Below the pieces are notes generated by a model. It searched no databases and was not told the origin of the DNA. It saw only the letters and a program-made list of their open reading frames with translations. DNA of 64,000 nucleotides from Amoebophrya sp. A120 (lineage: Eukaryota; Protista; Dinoflagellata). Location of the stretch: assembly GCA_905178155.1 (NCBI GenBank), contig CAJINV010000002.1:10396146-10460145 (forward strand), in the 5' to 3' direction. A program made the translations under genes and the position numbers. Positions 10,050 through 21,580 of the stretch are shown piece after piece; the first letter of the stretch is position 1, and the number at the start of each line of letters is the position of its first letter.

Positions 10050-12831
10050 CTATGGTCGCAAGAGTCCCACCGCCTTGTCGTGGCCCCACACGGCAAGATA
10101 GCCGGATCTCAGTGGGTGTACGTCGACGCCCACGATATCCTTGTCTGCGAGCTCGGGCACGATGTGGACGAGCTTGGTCTCCACGCTGTCGAAGATGTAG
10201 AGACAGTGGTCTTTTGAGATGCCATACAAGTACTTCCCGCTCTTCGACACCTGAATGCACGTGAAATCGGCGCGGGAATCCAGCTTGCCACTTGTGAATG
10301 TTTTCAGCACCTGGCCCTGGAGGTTCATTTTGAAGATCTGGTTGCACTCCGTAGACACGTAAATTGTTGGGTTGCTCTTGTCCATGGCGTCGGGACTGAG
10401 CACCACTTGGTTGATGGAAAGCAGGTTTCCGTGCGCGCCGAGGTAGGACGGTGTTGGGGGGTGGAAACTTTGCAAGACCTGAGCAGCAAGTAAGGTGGCG
10501 ATTCTTCTGTTTTATTTCCAGATCTTGTTTGCATTTGCAACAAGCAGTCGGCAGAAATAATACGCCCCACTTTTACGTTGGGTGAAGTAAGCCATCAAAA
10601 CGTACTAGAACTCCGACAATATAGATGCCATGGTGACAGCGGGAGATACTTAAACCTAGTAGAAAAGAAGGAGCATATTTTACGTGCAACAAAAATCGAG
10701 ATGGGCGCAGCATTTGTACCTGGCAGGTTTTTGCATCAAACACCTTCACATATGCGTCTGCGGAGCCTGTGATAACCTTGCTTTGGTCGTAGGAGTAGAG
10801 TACCGTCTGCACATAACTGGTATGTCCTCGGTACTCCTTCAGCGTCTTGCCCGTATTGAGGCCGTGCAGCCTGTATCAGAAGGAAAAATCCCCCGTCCCC
10901 ATATCGAAAACGAAATTTGTGTTGCTGTATTTGAGTACACAAATCAGGTTTGTATTGCAGAGAAGCACTGCGGCCAGATGCTCAGCCAGGTAGGGGCCTA
11001 TGGGTCTAGTTGTTTAGCATGGCAAACGGCTCCCCTTTAGGCCCAACAGCATGACAAATCGCTTCCATAGTGGGGCGCAAGCTTCTGCCCTTGTCTCCTT
11101 GCAAGACAGATGTGATTTGTGACCTCAAATCAGCAACACAAATTTTCGGAAACATGCCTTTTCGATATGGGGAGGGGGGATTTTTCCTTTTGATAGCCTG
11201 GCGGTGGAATCCGCGGAGCCGGTGACCACCTGGGAATCCTGATAGTTCCTATCAAATGTAAAAATGTCTGGGTCTGGAACATTCCGACACTTGTCATGCA
11301 CGTTTTGCATGAGCCCTGATGTCTGTGATGCATGCCCTAGCATCACAGATTTTTTCGGAGCTTCTTGATGCCTATTCCGCATGACAAATGCCCTCTCCGC
11401 GTAGCAAAAATCGCGTTCCTTTTGGTACTCATGCAATACAGATTTTTCTGGAATCCAAATGCAGCATGACAAGTTGCATTCTTCCAGACCCAGACATTTT
11501 TACATTTGATAGTTCCAGCACAGCGTCAAAATCGGGCCTTCGTGACCCTGGATCTTCTGCTTCAGTTGACCGCTTTCCACGGCGAACACGTACAGTGCGC
11601 CCTTGGTGTCACCCACGGCGAGCAGGGTGTTGCTGTTGGAGAAGCCGAGGGCTTGGATCGGGTGCTGGGTGGCGATGTAGTGCGGGTCTTGCGGGTTCTG
11701 GTACGGTAGGTCTTGCCGTGACTTTCCACTTCGACTGTCGTACAGCTCCACCATCCCGTCCTCCGCCCCGACGGCGAGGAATTGCCCGTCGTGCGAGTAC
11801 GCGCAGATGGAAGGAATCTCGGCTAGTTTGATCTGCTTGGCGCGATGTCTTGGGTAGGTGTCGGTCTCCACCACGCTGCCGGCTGGGATAAAATTGCAAT
11901 TTCTTTTTCAGTGAACTGCATAATTTCTGAAATGATCGAAAAATCCATGCGTACTGGAAGTTAGTATGAGCCTCGGCTTTATATATACTTATATTGCTGT
12001 CAGGACCAGGAGCTTGACCTCGACCTCCGCAGAAAAATTACAATGTGGTTCATTTTTTTTCTTACCGCGCAAAAACAAACGAGCTTGTATAGTACCTTGC
12101 CCCATTTTCATCAGGTTTTTGTCGATCCCTCGAAAGAGGTCGATATCTTCACCGTCTTTCAGCACGCCAACGTGCTTCTGCCACCTGACGGCCTGTCCGA
12201 TCAGTGCCAGAAGCCTGTTCGGCGGACACACGTGCACGTATTCCGTCAGCGCCTGCGCTAGTTCCCCCCTCCTGTCCTTTTTGCTGCGACCGTTTCCGTA
12301 GAGGATTGCGCCGGCGTTCTCCGGGACCTGCTGGCGCCGGATCATCTGCGCGAGCTTCTGAAACCGGTCGGGGTGGTCGGATTTCAGCACCTTCAGCGGT
12401 TGCGTGTGTTCCATGAGCACTTGGGCTGTGTCGAACTCCAAGTTCTCCAAAAACTCCAGGCACACGTGTTCGAACAGGTCCACCTTCACGTCCATCGGTA
12501 GGGCCAGGTAGCTGCAGGCGCGCATGACGTCGTCCCACCGACCGTGGTTGACGTCGTCAAGCAGGGATTCGAGGGAGTCCACGGTGTTCAGGGGCACCTT
12601 GGCTTCCTCCTGCAGCGTCATCAGCGTGCGTGGCAGGTCGTTGTCGCGGCAAAACTGCAGCATCAATCGTATCACGTCCTCGGACTCGATGTTCAATTTT
12701 CCCTTGTCTGCAGTCGCTTTATTCAGATTCGCCGTGGAGGAGCTACTGGCGTGGTGGGAAGTTGTAGTCCCCGCGCCATTTTTACTCCTACTTGATGACG
12801 CGGCGGCCATGATTACGTCGTCGCCGGCCAT
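10050..12831 (-). CDS. SMU1: SMU1 (LisH/CTLH + WD40 spliceosomal factor), 5 exons
   Basis: IESEDVIRLMLQFC…LQEEAKVPLNTVDS…GRWDDV N-terminus, PPNRLLALIGQAVRWQ, WD repeats (…ARLHGLNTGKTLKEYRGH…). GT-AG introns at 11883-12095 and 10479-10719; introner introns at 11250-11511 and 10874-11195. Confidence 0.93.
10874..11195. mobile_element. Introner element, family B (322 bp), non-canonical intron in SMU1
   Basis: ~37-bp TIR TATCA(G/A)AAGGAAAAATCCCCC(G/C)TCCCCATATCGAAAA; TSD GCCTG at 10869-10873 and 11196-11200; excision gives DSTAR-L-HGLN in frame. Confidence 0.93.
11250..11511. mobile_element. Introner element, family A (262 bp), non-canonical intron in SMU1
   Basis: Perfect 30-bp TIR TATCAAATGTAAAAATGTCTGGGTCTGGAA; TSD GTTCC at 11245-11249 and 11512-11516; excision gives LTLCWN-YQDSQ in frame. 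Confidence 0.95.
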
Positions 12832-13761
12832 TTATTAGTTCTTTCGCTAGTTATACTGTGGATGTGGAAACGTGAAGATACCGCTGCGACTATCAATTCC
12901 CCTCCAAGCGTGAAATACTTATCTCGCTTCTATTTCTTTGTGGTGTATTAACATGTTCGTGTTGTGTCTTTGTATCCTCTTAGTTGCTATATCTGCATCA
13001 AGGTAGAAGTACAAGAACAGCTTTCACACATTTGGTCGTACAGACAGAACCAGAGCTGGCTGAAGGACATGAACAAAGGTAGGGGTCAAAAAATGAAAAA
13101 GTCACATGAAAAGCATTGAGCATGATGATGATCTGGCTTTCAATTCGATGCAAGAGGATGAGGAATCATCGCGGAAATAAGAATAACAGGATCGCTGCAA
13201 CACCAGAGTGAAAGTGACGATCTCAACACTAAGGGAGAGAGCGGTGCGTAACCTATGATCACCTTCATTGTGAGACCCGAAAACCACATCGTGTTGTTGA
13301 TCACGTTCATGTCGGCCTCAGGCACCACGATTGACATGGCACAGGTCTTGACGTTGACCCTCAGAGTCCGGGAGCCGACGCGTAGCCGTGCAAGCAAGAA
13401 ATAATTTTCATCCTTGTCCGTTGTTTCCACGTGGTCTACAAGGAAACAACTTTTTTTTTGACTTTGCCCGAAAGCAGAACGAGTGATATTAGCTACTTAT
13501 TCATTTTCATCTTCGCTTCATCCTACACGAAAGAAAATTCTTTGCAGTCGGCCGGAACGGGACCCTTGCGGGCAAACACAAATTGATTCGCTTATACCCA
13601 ACGAGGGAGTCATCATGTGTGTCATCATGTTTGGATTTTCGGAACGAATCGAAACAAGAATGTGAGTGGGCCAAGCGACTCGTCGTAGAAATTCTCTATT
13701 AGTTATGGTTTTGCGTGGAGCAGCTCGCCTTTGTTTTTTGAAAAACTAGTGTATGATTAGT

Positions 13762-16700
13762 TTAGAAGCTTTCCGCGAAGTAGTGGAAGCGCACTGGGCC
13801 TTGAGAGCACTTTTGGCACTGCGCCTTGAGTTCCACACCGACCGCCGGGCTTCCGCACAGAAAAACGCCAACGTCGCCGGCGCGCTGGGACTTGCGGGCC
13901 GTGTTCTGCGCGTTGAGGGTCGTCCCCAGGCCGAAACTGGGCCGCGTTCCGGAGCCGGATCCACCGCCTCCACCGAGCGTCGCACCACCCGCTGCTTGTT
14001 TCACCGCCTCTGCCTGCTCCGTGCTGAGTTTCTGAAAGATGCGGCGCCAGTCGGGTCGGCCCGCGAACTCGTGAAACTCGCAGTTGATCGGGACGCGCTC
14101 CGAGAGACTGATTTCCCCGGTTTGAAACAGGTTAATCACCACGTGGTCCTTCGCCGGACCATTCACCGACTCCACCAACACGTCGTAGAACCACTGGAAC
14201 TCGTCCTGCGAGCGGACGCTCCACACGAGGTGCAGTTTGCTCGGGCACTTGGTAGCTTCGCGGATCGTGGTCCAGAGCATATCGTCGTCGTCGTCGGTTC
14301 CCGAGTTGATGTTTTCCGGCTCGGACGCAGCTCCTTCCGCGTTCATCTTGTTCAGGTGTGTGGTCGCACCCTTCTGCATTCGCTCATTTTTTGCCGCCAG
14401 CAATTTCCTCTGCGTCGAGGGCTTGATTAGCGAGGATGAGGACGTTCCCGCTTTCGCAAGCGCAACATCGCGGCCCGAAAGGTTTTGCATCATCTTGGCG
14501 CGCTGTTGCAGACGGATGTTTACGCTTCGCAACATCGCGGCAAACGGCGTTATCCCGATGCCGGTGCCCACCATGAGCACGGTGTCGAAGTGCCACATGT
14601 TCTGCGCGGGCGCGCCAAAGGGGCCGCCGAGCTGCAGCACGATCGCCTCCGGTGGTACCAGAGTCGCGGCCTCGATTTCCCGCTGCAAATCTGCGTCGCC
14701 CTCGGTAAAAGTGCGTTGCCGCACCGCGGGGCCAGCTTGGTGACCGCTTGGCTTCTGCACCCCCGCACAGCAAGAGGTGGTGGGCCCGAGAGCTTCCTTT
14801 TTGCTGGTGCCGTCCCCCCCGTATCGTTCTTTTGCATCATCATCAAGGTCACCTTGAGCAACTACAGCGCCGGTGGACTCTTGCAATTCAACTTCAACTT
14901 GCGCCAGGCCGTTCAGGGCAACATCCGGCGTGTTACCAATGTCGTGCTGGTGCTTCGCGAAGTTCTTTTCGTTTATTGCGTCAACGGCTGCGGCCCAATG
15001 AACACCCTCCACAGACTGCAGGAAATCGTAGTGGTTGCGACCGAAAATGTTTTTGATTTGTCTGTCGCGATCATTCTCCGATGAGCTAGCTCCCGGGTCG
15101 GCGTCTACATTCTCGAGCTGCACATCTTCCAGGTATTTCCTTTTGTCTTCTTGTTGTCCCAACATAGCGTCAACATGATGATCGCCCAAATCTTTAACCT
15201 GCGTCGTTACATCTTCGGACTCAGTTAACGCTTGGTACAAAACATGATCTGTGCCTCTCGACAACAACTCTGACGATGGCGATTTGATTTGCCAAGGTGA
15301 CATTGAGCTTCCGCGAGGTGCTGGCGCGACCGGAAAAACTGCCTTGTGCGCGCCCTCGCGATAGACGTTCTTGCTTGAAGGCGAGGCCTTGCCGCTGGGG
15401 GGATCTATCATCTCGGAAGAAAACTCCGGGTCACACAGCTTCTGATCGCGACGGTAGGCGCTGCCGGAGCCTCCAGCTGCCACTGGCATGGAATACAGTA
15501 CACCCTTGGAGGTGACGCCCGGCGCGAACTTCCTTTGCGTACCACAGGGCGGGCCGCGCCACTTGTCCGGCTTTTTCTCCTTTGCACCTTCGCCAGAGAA
15601 GTGCTCCAATTCGTAGGAGTAATTGATGAGCCGACGCCGCAACGCGGAACACCAGTCGAGATCGTCCTTGGCGCGGATAGCGAACGACAGAACATTCTCC
15701 TCCGGCGCACTGCAGATTGTGAAGGGGTGCCGCTCCCCCCGCCACCAGATTTCTGCGTACTGTCCCGCTTCGTACACAAAGCCCGGGGGGCGCGCGAAGT
15801 GCAGCTTCAACGTGTCCCCTTTGGCCAGGGTTGCGGAGTGCAGCACCGCGTAGGGGGACTGCGACTCTTTTCCGAGAATGTGATCGGCGACGATGAGCAT
15901 CACGGGGGCAAACATCCAGATCAGAAACCGGTGGGGGGCGTGCACAACGATGAACCCGTACCAAATGGCGATGGAGTAGGGACTGTGCCAAATCCAGAAC
16001 ATACGGTACCCGTCTACAACCTTCCACACCCAAGGTATCCCGCAACAGTTGCAAAGTGGTTTGACATCCTTGTCACTTGTCCCTGGCTGATGTGTGGCTG
16101 CCTCGGTAGAAGTTGCTGCTCCGGCCTTCTGCCCTGGGCCGACCGTGGGCTTTTGATGAGAGGCATTTCTGCGGACAACGCAGCAGCGGCAGCAGGGGCA
16201 GTGCCAGCTGCGGCGACGGGTGTAGTCCAGCGCGAAAATGACGATGGCGAACAGGTGAAGCAGTAAGATCACGCCCGTCCAGCCCACTCCGCGGTGACCG
16301 AAGAAGAGAAAATATTCTGCCCAGTGCAGTCCGGAATACTCGTGCCAGATGGAGGGGGGTTCGATAAACAGGTCCCGGTCGTACCAGTACGATTCGCCAC
16401 TGGTCACCTCAATGGTGTGCATCACGTGTCCCAGCACGTGCAGGATGACGCCGCAGCCGATTCCGTACTTCGCTATGAACTTGTGGTAGCCCACGGGATC
16501 TTCGAGCACGAACATGCGCAACGGCGATTGGCGCATGGCCGAAGCGAGAAAGCGGAGCATCGGAAGGGTCAGCAAGCTGCAGGAGAGGTTTAGCACGTAC
16601 CCGCCAGCCTTCGCGCAGCAGTACCACTGCGACCCGTGGTAGCCCATCTCCAGGTGCAGCAGCCACCCCGCCACGGCGGACCCGAAGAAGCAAACGGCGA

Positions 16701-19623
16701 GCAGGATCTGTCCCTTGATGTGCAGCGTTCCCAGCGAGCGCCCGTCCTCGCCCTCCCCGGTGGCGCGCCACGCCGTCGTCGTGGCGGCCGGAGTGGCCTT
16801 GCCATCTTCGGTTACCGGCTCCACCTTGGTCGTCGGGGTGGAGGACGGCGGCTTGTTCGGCTTTGCAGCATCCCCGCTACCCGCTGCGGCAGCGGCCTTC
16901 TTGCGGCGACAACACCCGCAAAGAGCGTTGCCCACGAACGCAGACAAACTGGGGTCCGACCGCTTCCTGCCCGGGTGCGGGGGTACCACGCTGCTCACAG
17001 CCTCTTTGGCCAGGACGGACTTGCTTCGCTGGAACCGCTCGTGACGCCCGACCAATATCGCGCGGCGCTCCTCCAGCCACTTTGTAAACTCGCTTTCGTC
17101 TCCGCCCAGCGCGCGACGGAGACAGCAGTTGACCCGAAACCGATTTGCGCTCCACTCACTTCCCGGGTGCCGTTTTTGAAACCGCACCAGGCAGATCAGA
17201 AAGAGCGGAACCGCCAAGAGCACGAGGCTGCCCAGGATGATGAAGAACCATTCCAAGGGGGACAAAAAGGGCCGCACCGTGATGCGCGCCTTCTGGCTGC
17301 GGTTCGAGAAGTCGTCGTTCCGCGTGCTTTTCACGAAGAACGTCCCCGTCTCGGTCATCGCCAGCGGCCGTCCGTAATTGAAGTACGGGCCGGCGGAGTT
17401 CAGCTGCGCACAGTTCCGGCCCGCCTGGTCATTGTTGCGGTCCGTGCAAACCGTTTGCCCCAGGTAAGCAAAGCGGATGATCTTTGCCTCGCACTCGGCC
17501 CTCTCCTCTTCGTCCGTGTCCTCGTAGTCGCAAAACAAAGTGTGCGCCTCCTTGTCCGACAGTTTCGTGGCGCCGCCGCGGTGCTCCGCGGCGGAAAAAA
17601 GTAAACTGCCCCGCGACCCGGCGTCGGCCACGTTGATGGTACCCACCTGGACAAGGTTGGCGCGGTCCGTACCCGCGCGCCCGTTTCCCGCGTTGCCGCG
17701 GTTGTTTGCGTCGCTCATCGCCCACTGAAAGTGCAGGTAGTCCCCGGACGTAATCTCCAGGTCGGGAGGCACAAAGTCGTACTCAACGGCCGGATACACT
17801 TGCACGATGTTCCCGCGCCGACCCCGCACGTTGTAGTTCACGATGCGCGCGGAGCTGGACACGTCGCTGGGCCGCTCGCGAATGACGAACGCGTGGGAGC
17901 GGTCCTGGAAGGTCCGCGCCATCTGATTTTCGTTCGCGTTCACGGTGAGCAGGCGGGCCACGTTGGTCTGGCAGCACCGAAGTGTGACGGGGGAGGACCC
18001 GAACCTGGTCCCGGACGGGGTTTTCTGCAGCTGCAGCCGGTAGTCGCTCAGAATGGTTTGCTCCACGTTCGTGATCGGATCGCACCCGTAGTACTTCTCA
18101 TAGCCTTCCGCCCCGCCAGGCGAGAGCCGCACCACATTTTGGTTATCGGCCGTGAAAACCACGTCTTTGCAGGTGCTCGCGTCGCTCTGCACACGCGGCA
18201 GACGCAACGCGTCGCTGCGCTCGTTGTTTTTCACAACGGCTTTCGCCCCGTTCCAGGAGGCATCCACTTGGTCGTAGTAATCCTCGCCCACTTGGTCCTT
18301 ATTCGCGGGATCCACGCCCACAAAGTCCAGGGTGGTGATGTTGTAACGAATGCGAAACACGCATTTCTCGTTCGCGGGCAGGTAGTCCGGGACTTTCCAC
18401 ACGTAGTGACTGGCCTGTCCGTTGATCTTGCTCTGGAACCCCCCGCCCGCCCCTGCGCTGCCGTAGTTTCCGTTGTGGTTGTCGCGCGTCTTGTAGGCAC
18501 CGTAGCACTCGGGTGCGCCTTCCTCGCCGCTGCTGTAGTGGCTCTCGACCTCGTCCCAGGACGAAAATTCGGTCCACGCACAACCCAGCGGCTGTCCCCC
18601 CGCGCTCGTGAGCGCCATGCACGCGAACTCGTTGTTCGCTTTCGCGCACTCGGAAACGCCGGTCCCCGCGTCGTCCGTCGCGGAGGTAGACCGGCAGTAG
18701 TGCTTCCCAACCACGTTCTGGCTGTGCTCCCGGAAGTAGTTGCACCGCTTCTCAGAAGTAAAAATGGCGATGTCGTGCCACGGGGAGGGGTGCCAATACG
18801 GGTAGTAGTCGCGCTCCTCGGGGCACTCCAGCCCGTGCCGCTCCCCGTTGTTGTTCTGCCGTGTGGCGGTTGCGCCGCGATCGTTGCGCACGTTGCGGTT
18901 CGCCGTGTACAAGCCTCGGTTCCGCTCCCGGGTATAACAGTCCAGGTAGTAGTCCAGCGGCTCGTGCTGTCCGTAGGTGTACACGTCTTTCGTGGTCGTT
19001 GTCCCGCCGCCCGCGGTCGGTCGGCTGGACTGCGCGTCGCTAGCCTTGCTGGCGTCGTCGCCGGCGGCCGTGGCCATCTGCTTCGATTTCGGGTACGGAT
19101 TCAAACCCTGTCCGCCCGCGTTGTTCTGGTTACCGCGCAGGTACCCGTCGCGGATGGCGCCGCGGCTCGTGTCGCCCGACCGCCCGTTGCCGTTCAGCGT
19201 CCGTCCCAGCAGCGCGTTGTCGCTGTCGCACATGTACTGCAGGATGACGGTGCACACGACGTTCGGTTGCCGCTCCGCGCCGAGGTCGGACCCGCAGCCG
19301 TGCTGCTGGGTCCACTCAATCCACAGCTCCGATCCCCGGTAGTATTGCATCATGCCCTCCATCGCCCCAGGCACCGTGGGGTCGTACTGGTGGTTCTCGT
19401 TATCCGGGTCCGCGTCGCAGGCCCTTTCGCACGCGTCACCGACTTGGTAGCCCGCCGCCGCATTGTTCTGCGAATCGAACAGCCTGTTGTCGTTCTGCAC
19501 GTTGTTGCTTTCCTCGGAAAGCTTGTTGTTACTGCCCCGAGGGTTGTGCAGGTACATGTCGGCAAGCGCGATTCGCACGTAGGCGGAAAGGGAAAGCCAT
19601 GAAAAGAACGCGATCATTTTCAT
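13762..19623 (-). CDS. DD3-3-domain / NADPH oxidase (ferric reductase-FAD-NADPH) fusion protein, ~1950 aa, intronless
   Basis: Signal peptide MKMIAFF…IALA, then DMYLHNPRGSNN, ECPEERDYYPYWHPSPWHDIA and NVRGRRGNIVQVYPAVEYDF (DD3-3 family as recognised from memory); one TM helix; then His-pair TM helices, HPFTICSAP (FAD), GPFG and VGTGIGITPF (NADPH), VFLCG and a C-terminal ESF. Confidence 0.88.
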   Translation of the reverse strand: MKMIAFFSWLSLSAYVRIALADMYLHNPRGSNNKLSEESNNVQNDNRLFDSQNNAAAGYQVGDACERACDADPDNENHQYDPTVPGAMEGMMQYYRGSELWIEWTQQHGCGSDLGAERQPNVVCTVILQYMCDSDNALLGRTLNGNGRSGDTSRGAIRDGYLRGNQNNAGGQGLNPYPKSKQMATAAGDDASKASDAQSSRPTAGGGTTTTKDVYTYGQHEPLDYYLDCYTRERNRGLYTANRNVRNDRGATATRQNNNGERHGLECPEERDYYPYWHPSPWHDIAIFTSEKRCNYFREHSQNVVGKHYCRSTSATDDAGTGVSECAKANNEFACMALTSAGGQPLGCAWTEFSSWDEVESHYSSGEEGAPECYGAYKTRDNHNGNYGSAGAGGGFQSKINGQASHYVWKVPDYLPANEKCVFRIRYNITTLDFVGVDPANKDQVGEDYYDQVDASWNGAKAVVKNNERSDALRLPRVQSDASTCKDVVFTADNQNVVRLSPGGAEGYEKYYGCDPITNVEQTILSDYRLQLQKTPSGTRFGSSPVTLRCCQTNVARLLTVNANENQMARTFQDRSHAFVIRERPSDVSSSARIVNYNVRGRRGNIVQVYPAVEYDFVPPDLEITSGDYLHFQWAMSDANNRGNAGNGRAGTDRANLVQVGTINVADAGSRGSLLFSAAEHRGGATKLSDKEAHTLFCDYEDTDEEERAECEAKIIRFAYLGQTVCTDRNNDQAGRNCAQLNSAGPYFNYGRPLAMTETGTFFVKSTRNDDFSNRSQKARITVRPFLSPLEWFFIILGSLVLLAVPLFLICLVRFQKRHPGSEWSANRFRVNCCLRRALGGDESEFTKWLEERRAILVGRHERFQRSKSVLAKEAVSSVVPPHPGRKRSDPSLSAFVGNALCGCCRRKKAAAAAGSGDAAKPNKPPSSTPTTKVEPVTEDGKATPAATTTAWRATGEGEDGRSLGTLHIKGQILLAVCFFGSAVAGWLLHLEMGYHGSQWYCCAKAGGYVLNLSCSLLTLPMLRFLASAMRQSPLRMFVLEDPVGYHKFIAKYGIGCGVILHVLGHVMHTIEVTSGESYWYDRDLFIEPPSIWHEYSGLHWAEYFLFFGHRGVGWTGVILLLHLFAIVIFALDYTRRRSWHCPCCRCCVVRRNASHQKPTVGPGQKAGAATSTEAATHQPGTSDKDVKPLCNCCGIPWVWKVVDGYRMFWIWHSPYSIAIWYGFIVVHAPHRFLIWMFAPVMLIVADHILGKESQSPYAVLHSATLAKGDTLKLHFARPPGFVYEAGQYAEIWWRGERHPFTICSAPEENVLSFAIRAKDDLDWCSALRRRLINYSYELEHFSGEGAKEKKPDKWRGPPCGTQRKFAPGVTSKGVLYSMPVAAGGSGSAYRRDQKLCDPEFSSEMIDPPSGKASPSSKNVYREGAHKAVFPVAPAPRGSSMSPWQIKSPSSELLSRGTDHVLYQALTESEDVTTQVKDLGDHHVDAMLGQQEDKRKYLEDVQLENVDADPGASSSENDRDRQIKNIFGRNHYDFLQSVEGVHWAAAVDAINEKNFAKHQHDIGNTPDVALNGLAQVEVELQESTGAVVAQGDLDDDAKERYGGDGTSKKEALGPTTSCCAGVQKPSGHQAGPAVRQRTFTEGDADLQREIEAATLVPPEAIVLQLGGPFGAPAQNMWHFDTVLMVGTGIGITPFAAMLRSVNIRLQQRAKMMQNLSGRDVALAKAGTSSSSLIKPSTQRKLLAAKNERMQKGATTHLNKMNAEGAASEPENINSGTDDDDDMLWTTIREATKCPSKLHLVWSVRSQDEFQWFYDVLVESVNGPAKDHVVINLFQTGEISLSERVPINCEFHEFAGRPDWRRIFQKLSTEQAEAVKQAAGGATLGGGGGSGSGTRPSFGLGTTLNAQNTARKSQRAGDVGVFLCGSPAVGVELKAQCQKCSQGPVRFHYFAESF

Positions 19624-21580
19624 GTTCCAGACCACGCCGGTTCGGAGCTGCTGGGGCAAGGAAGGTCGTGAAGCAGGAATTGAAAGCATCTTTGGGGGCG
19701 ACATTGCGATCAGCCACCTGGCGGATGATTTTGCACGAACGACACGCGCACGACTGACTACAAATGAAATCAAAATGTGCTCGCTGCTCGCAATAATTTT
19801 GCTCGCTCATCACAAGCACAGGATAAGACAACACGCTCTGAATCGTACACATCGCTCTGCTCTATGCTCTTGTTTCACGACCTTTCACTCCGCTTTAGTT
19901 ACCAGACCGGAAAACACAGGAAGCCATTGCTTCTCTCAAACAGCTTGTCAGGAGCAGCTGCTGGCGGAGTGGCATCTCCCTAGCCCAATAATCAAGTATC
20001 TGGCTGTGCCACAAAAATACCGGGCCGCCCACAAGCAAAGGCGCCCTCGGCGCCCGCGCCACAAGGAAGGGGGCGCCCCAAGTAAATGCCCAAAATGTAG
20101 TAGGCCGCGGCGCTACTTCTGCGTCGCTTTAGCGGAACATCCCAAGCGGGGAACGCAGCCACGCGCAAGCCAGCAACCGCCTACCCGGGGTCGCGGGCCC
20201 ATCGATGTACCACGGGGCCGGTGGCGCGTGGACGTTTCGGGGGCGGCCCGCCGCCTGGGAGTGGCGCGGCGGCATGAAAAGGGGCGGGGGCGATGCGCCG
20301 GAAGTGGTGCGCATATTGGGATGGGGCGCAGATACAACGGAAGGCGCTCAGCTGGCAACCGCGCACAAAGCCACGGACCTGCAGCCCTGTCCCTGTTGGC
20401 GGCAGCGGCCGGAGGTGCAACGGCTGCCAAGCTTCATCTTCGTCTACGCCGCTGGTGGCCATGATCGGCGCCCAAAGTAAGGCATTGCGCCTGCGGACCA
20501 TCCGGCGCCTGCGGGATACTTGCGCTGTCCTGGCCTTCGGTCCTCCACGCATCTCATGCCGCCACTGCTTCGCCATCGCAGGAAAACTCTTGTCGTGCGC
20601 ATCGTCTTCATGTTCCAGACCACGATAACACGCCACTGCCGTACGAGATACACGGATCGTGATCGTGAAGCTGGGGAAAGCTCCTGCATTATTGGCGAGG
20701 TTGTCATCGCCCTGGGGGATGTCTTTGAGCGAACTACTACACGCGCACGAAATACAATTACAAATGCAGTCAGTGACTGTGTGGTCTTCTTTTGATCATA
20801 TCCGGCACAACCACAAAATCCATGAGTTATGACTACATAAGTGCAATTGAATCTCTCTCGCATAATCGGGCACTGTACGTCCCCACTATCTCGCTCAATC
20901 GTATACTGACAAGCTCGCTCATTCTGAAAACGAAAAGAAGGTCGCGCTGCTCGACTCGTCCTGCTGGATGATCCCAAGGTGAATAACACCTCTCGTCCTA
21001 AGATCTGAGGTGATTGAGACTTAGGTCTGTGTCGCGGAACTGATACTCGTCCAATAGACATGCTGCGCATGATGTGGATTTTTTATACCTTATTTTCTGT
21101 CATATTGAATCGATTTGAGCCAGAGCCAGACACGGTTTTTCAGGCCAAATATTCATGTGAGCCGGAAACGAGGACGACAGAAACATGCTGTCTGGAACAC
21201 AGTCATACTAACTTGTACAATTGTTGCAGACTCAGAAGGGCGGGTCTACTTCGAAACGAAACAATAACGCAGGCAACACTCGGCTATATGTATTCATCAT
21301 GTTGCGGAAACAGGATTGATATAAGTTGTGGGATGGGACTTCATTTCATTTCGAAGTCGTAATTCCTTGATATTGAAATTGAATTTGCAGAGTTGTAGAG
21401 CAAACAAGTACGGGCATGACGGCAGTAGACATGATTAACAGTATGTACAGTAACAACGCTATGACAACATGTGGTATACAGTTTTCTTGTTTCGTGTATG
21501 TGTTTATGAGAAGTGAAAAGCAACATAATTATCAGTAGAAGCACAGTGCTCGATGACAAAATGTCGTAGATTGCATGACG

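Noticed and set aside
3309-12831. DBP5 and SMU1 as TE-disrupted pseudogenes
   Set aside because: All motifs are intact, with no stops or frameshifts once elements plus one TSD are removed; more consistent with spliced introns, though RNA proof is needed.
13753-19602. Long plus-strand ORFs (623 aa, 322 aa, 243 aa, etc.)
   Set aside because: Antisense shadows of the GC-rich minus-strand oxidase gene; the same applies to plus-strand ORFs over AKR, the 830-aa gene and OGFOD1.
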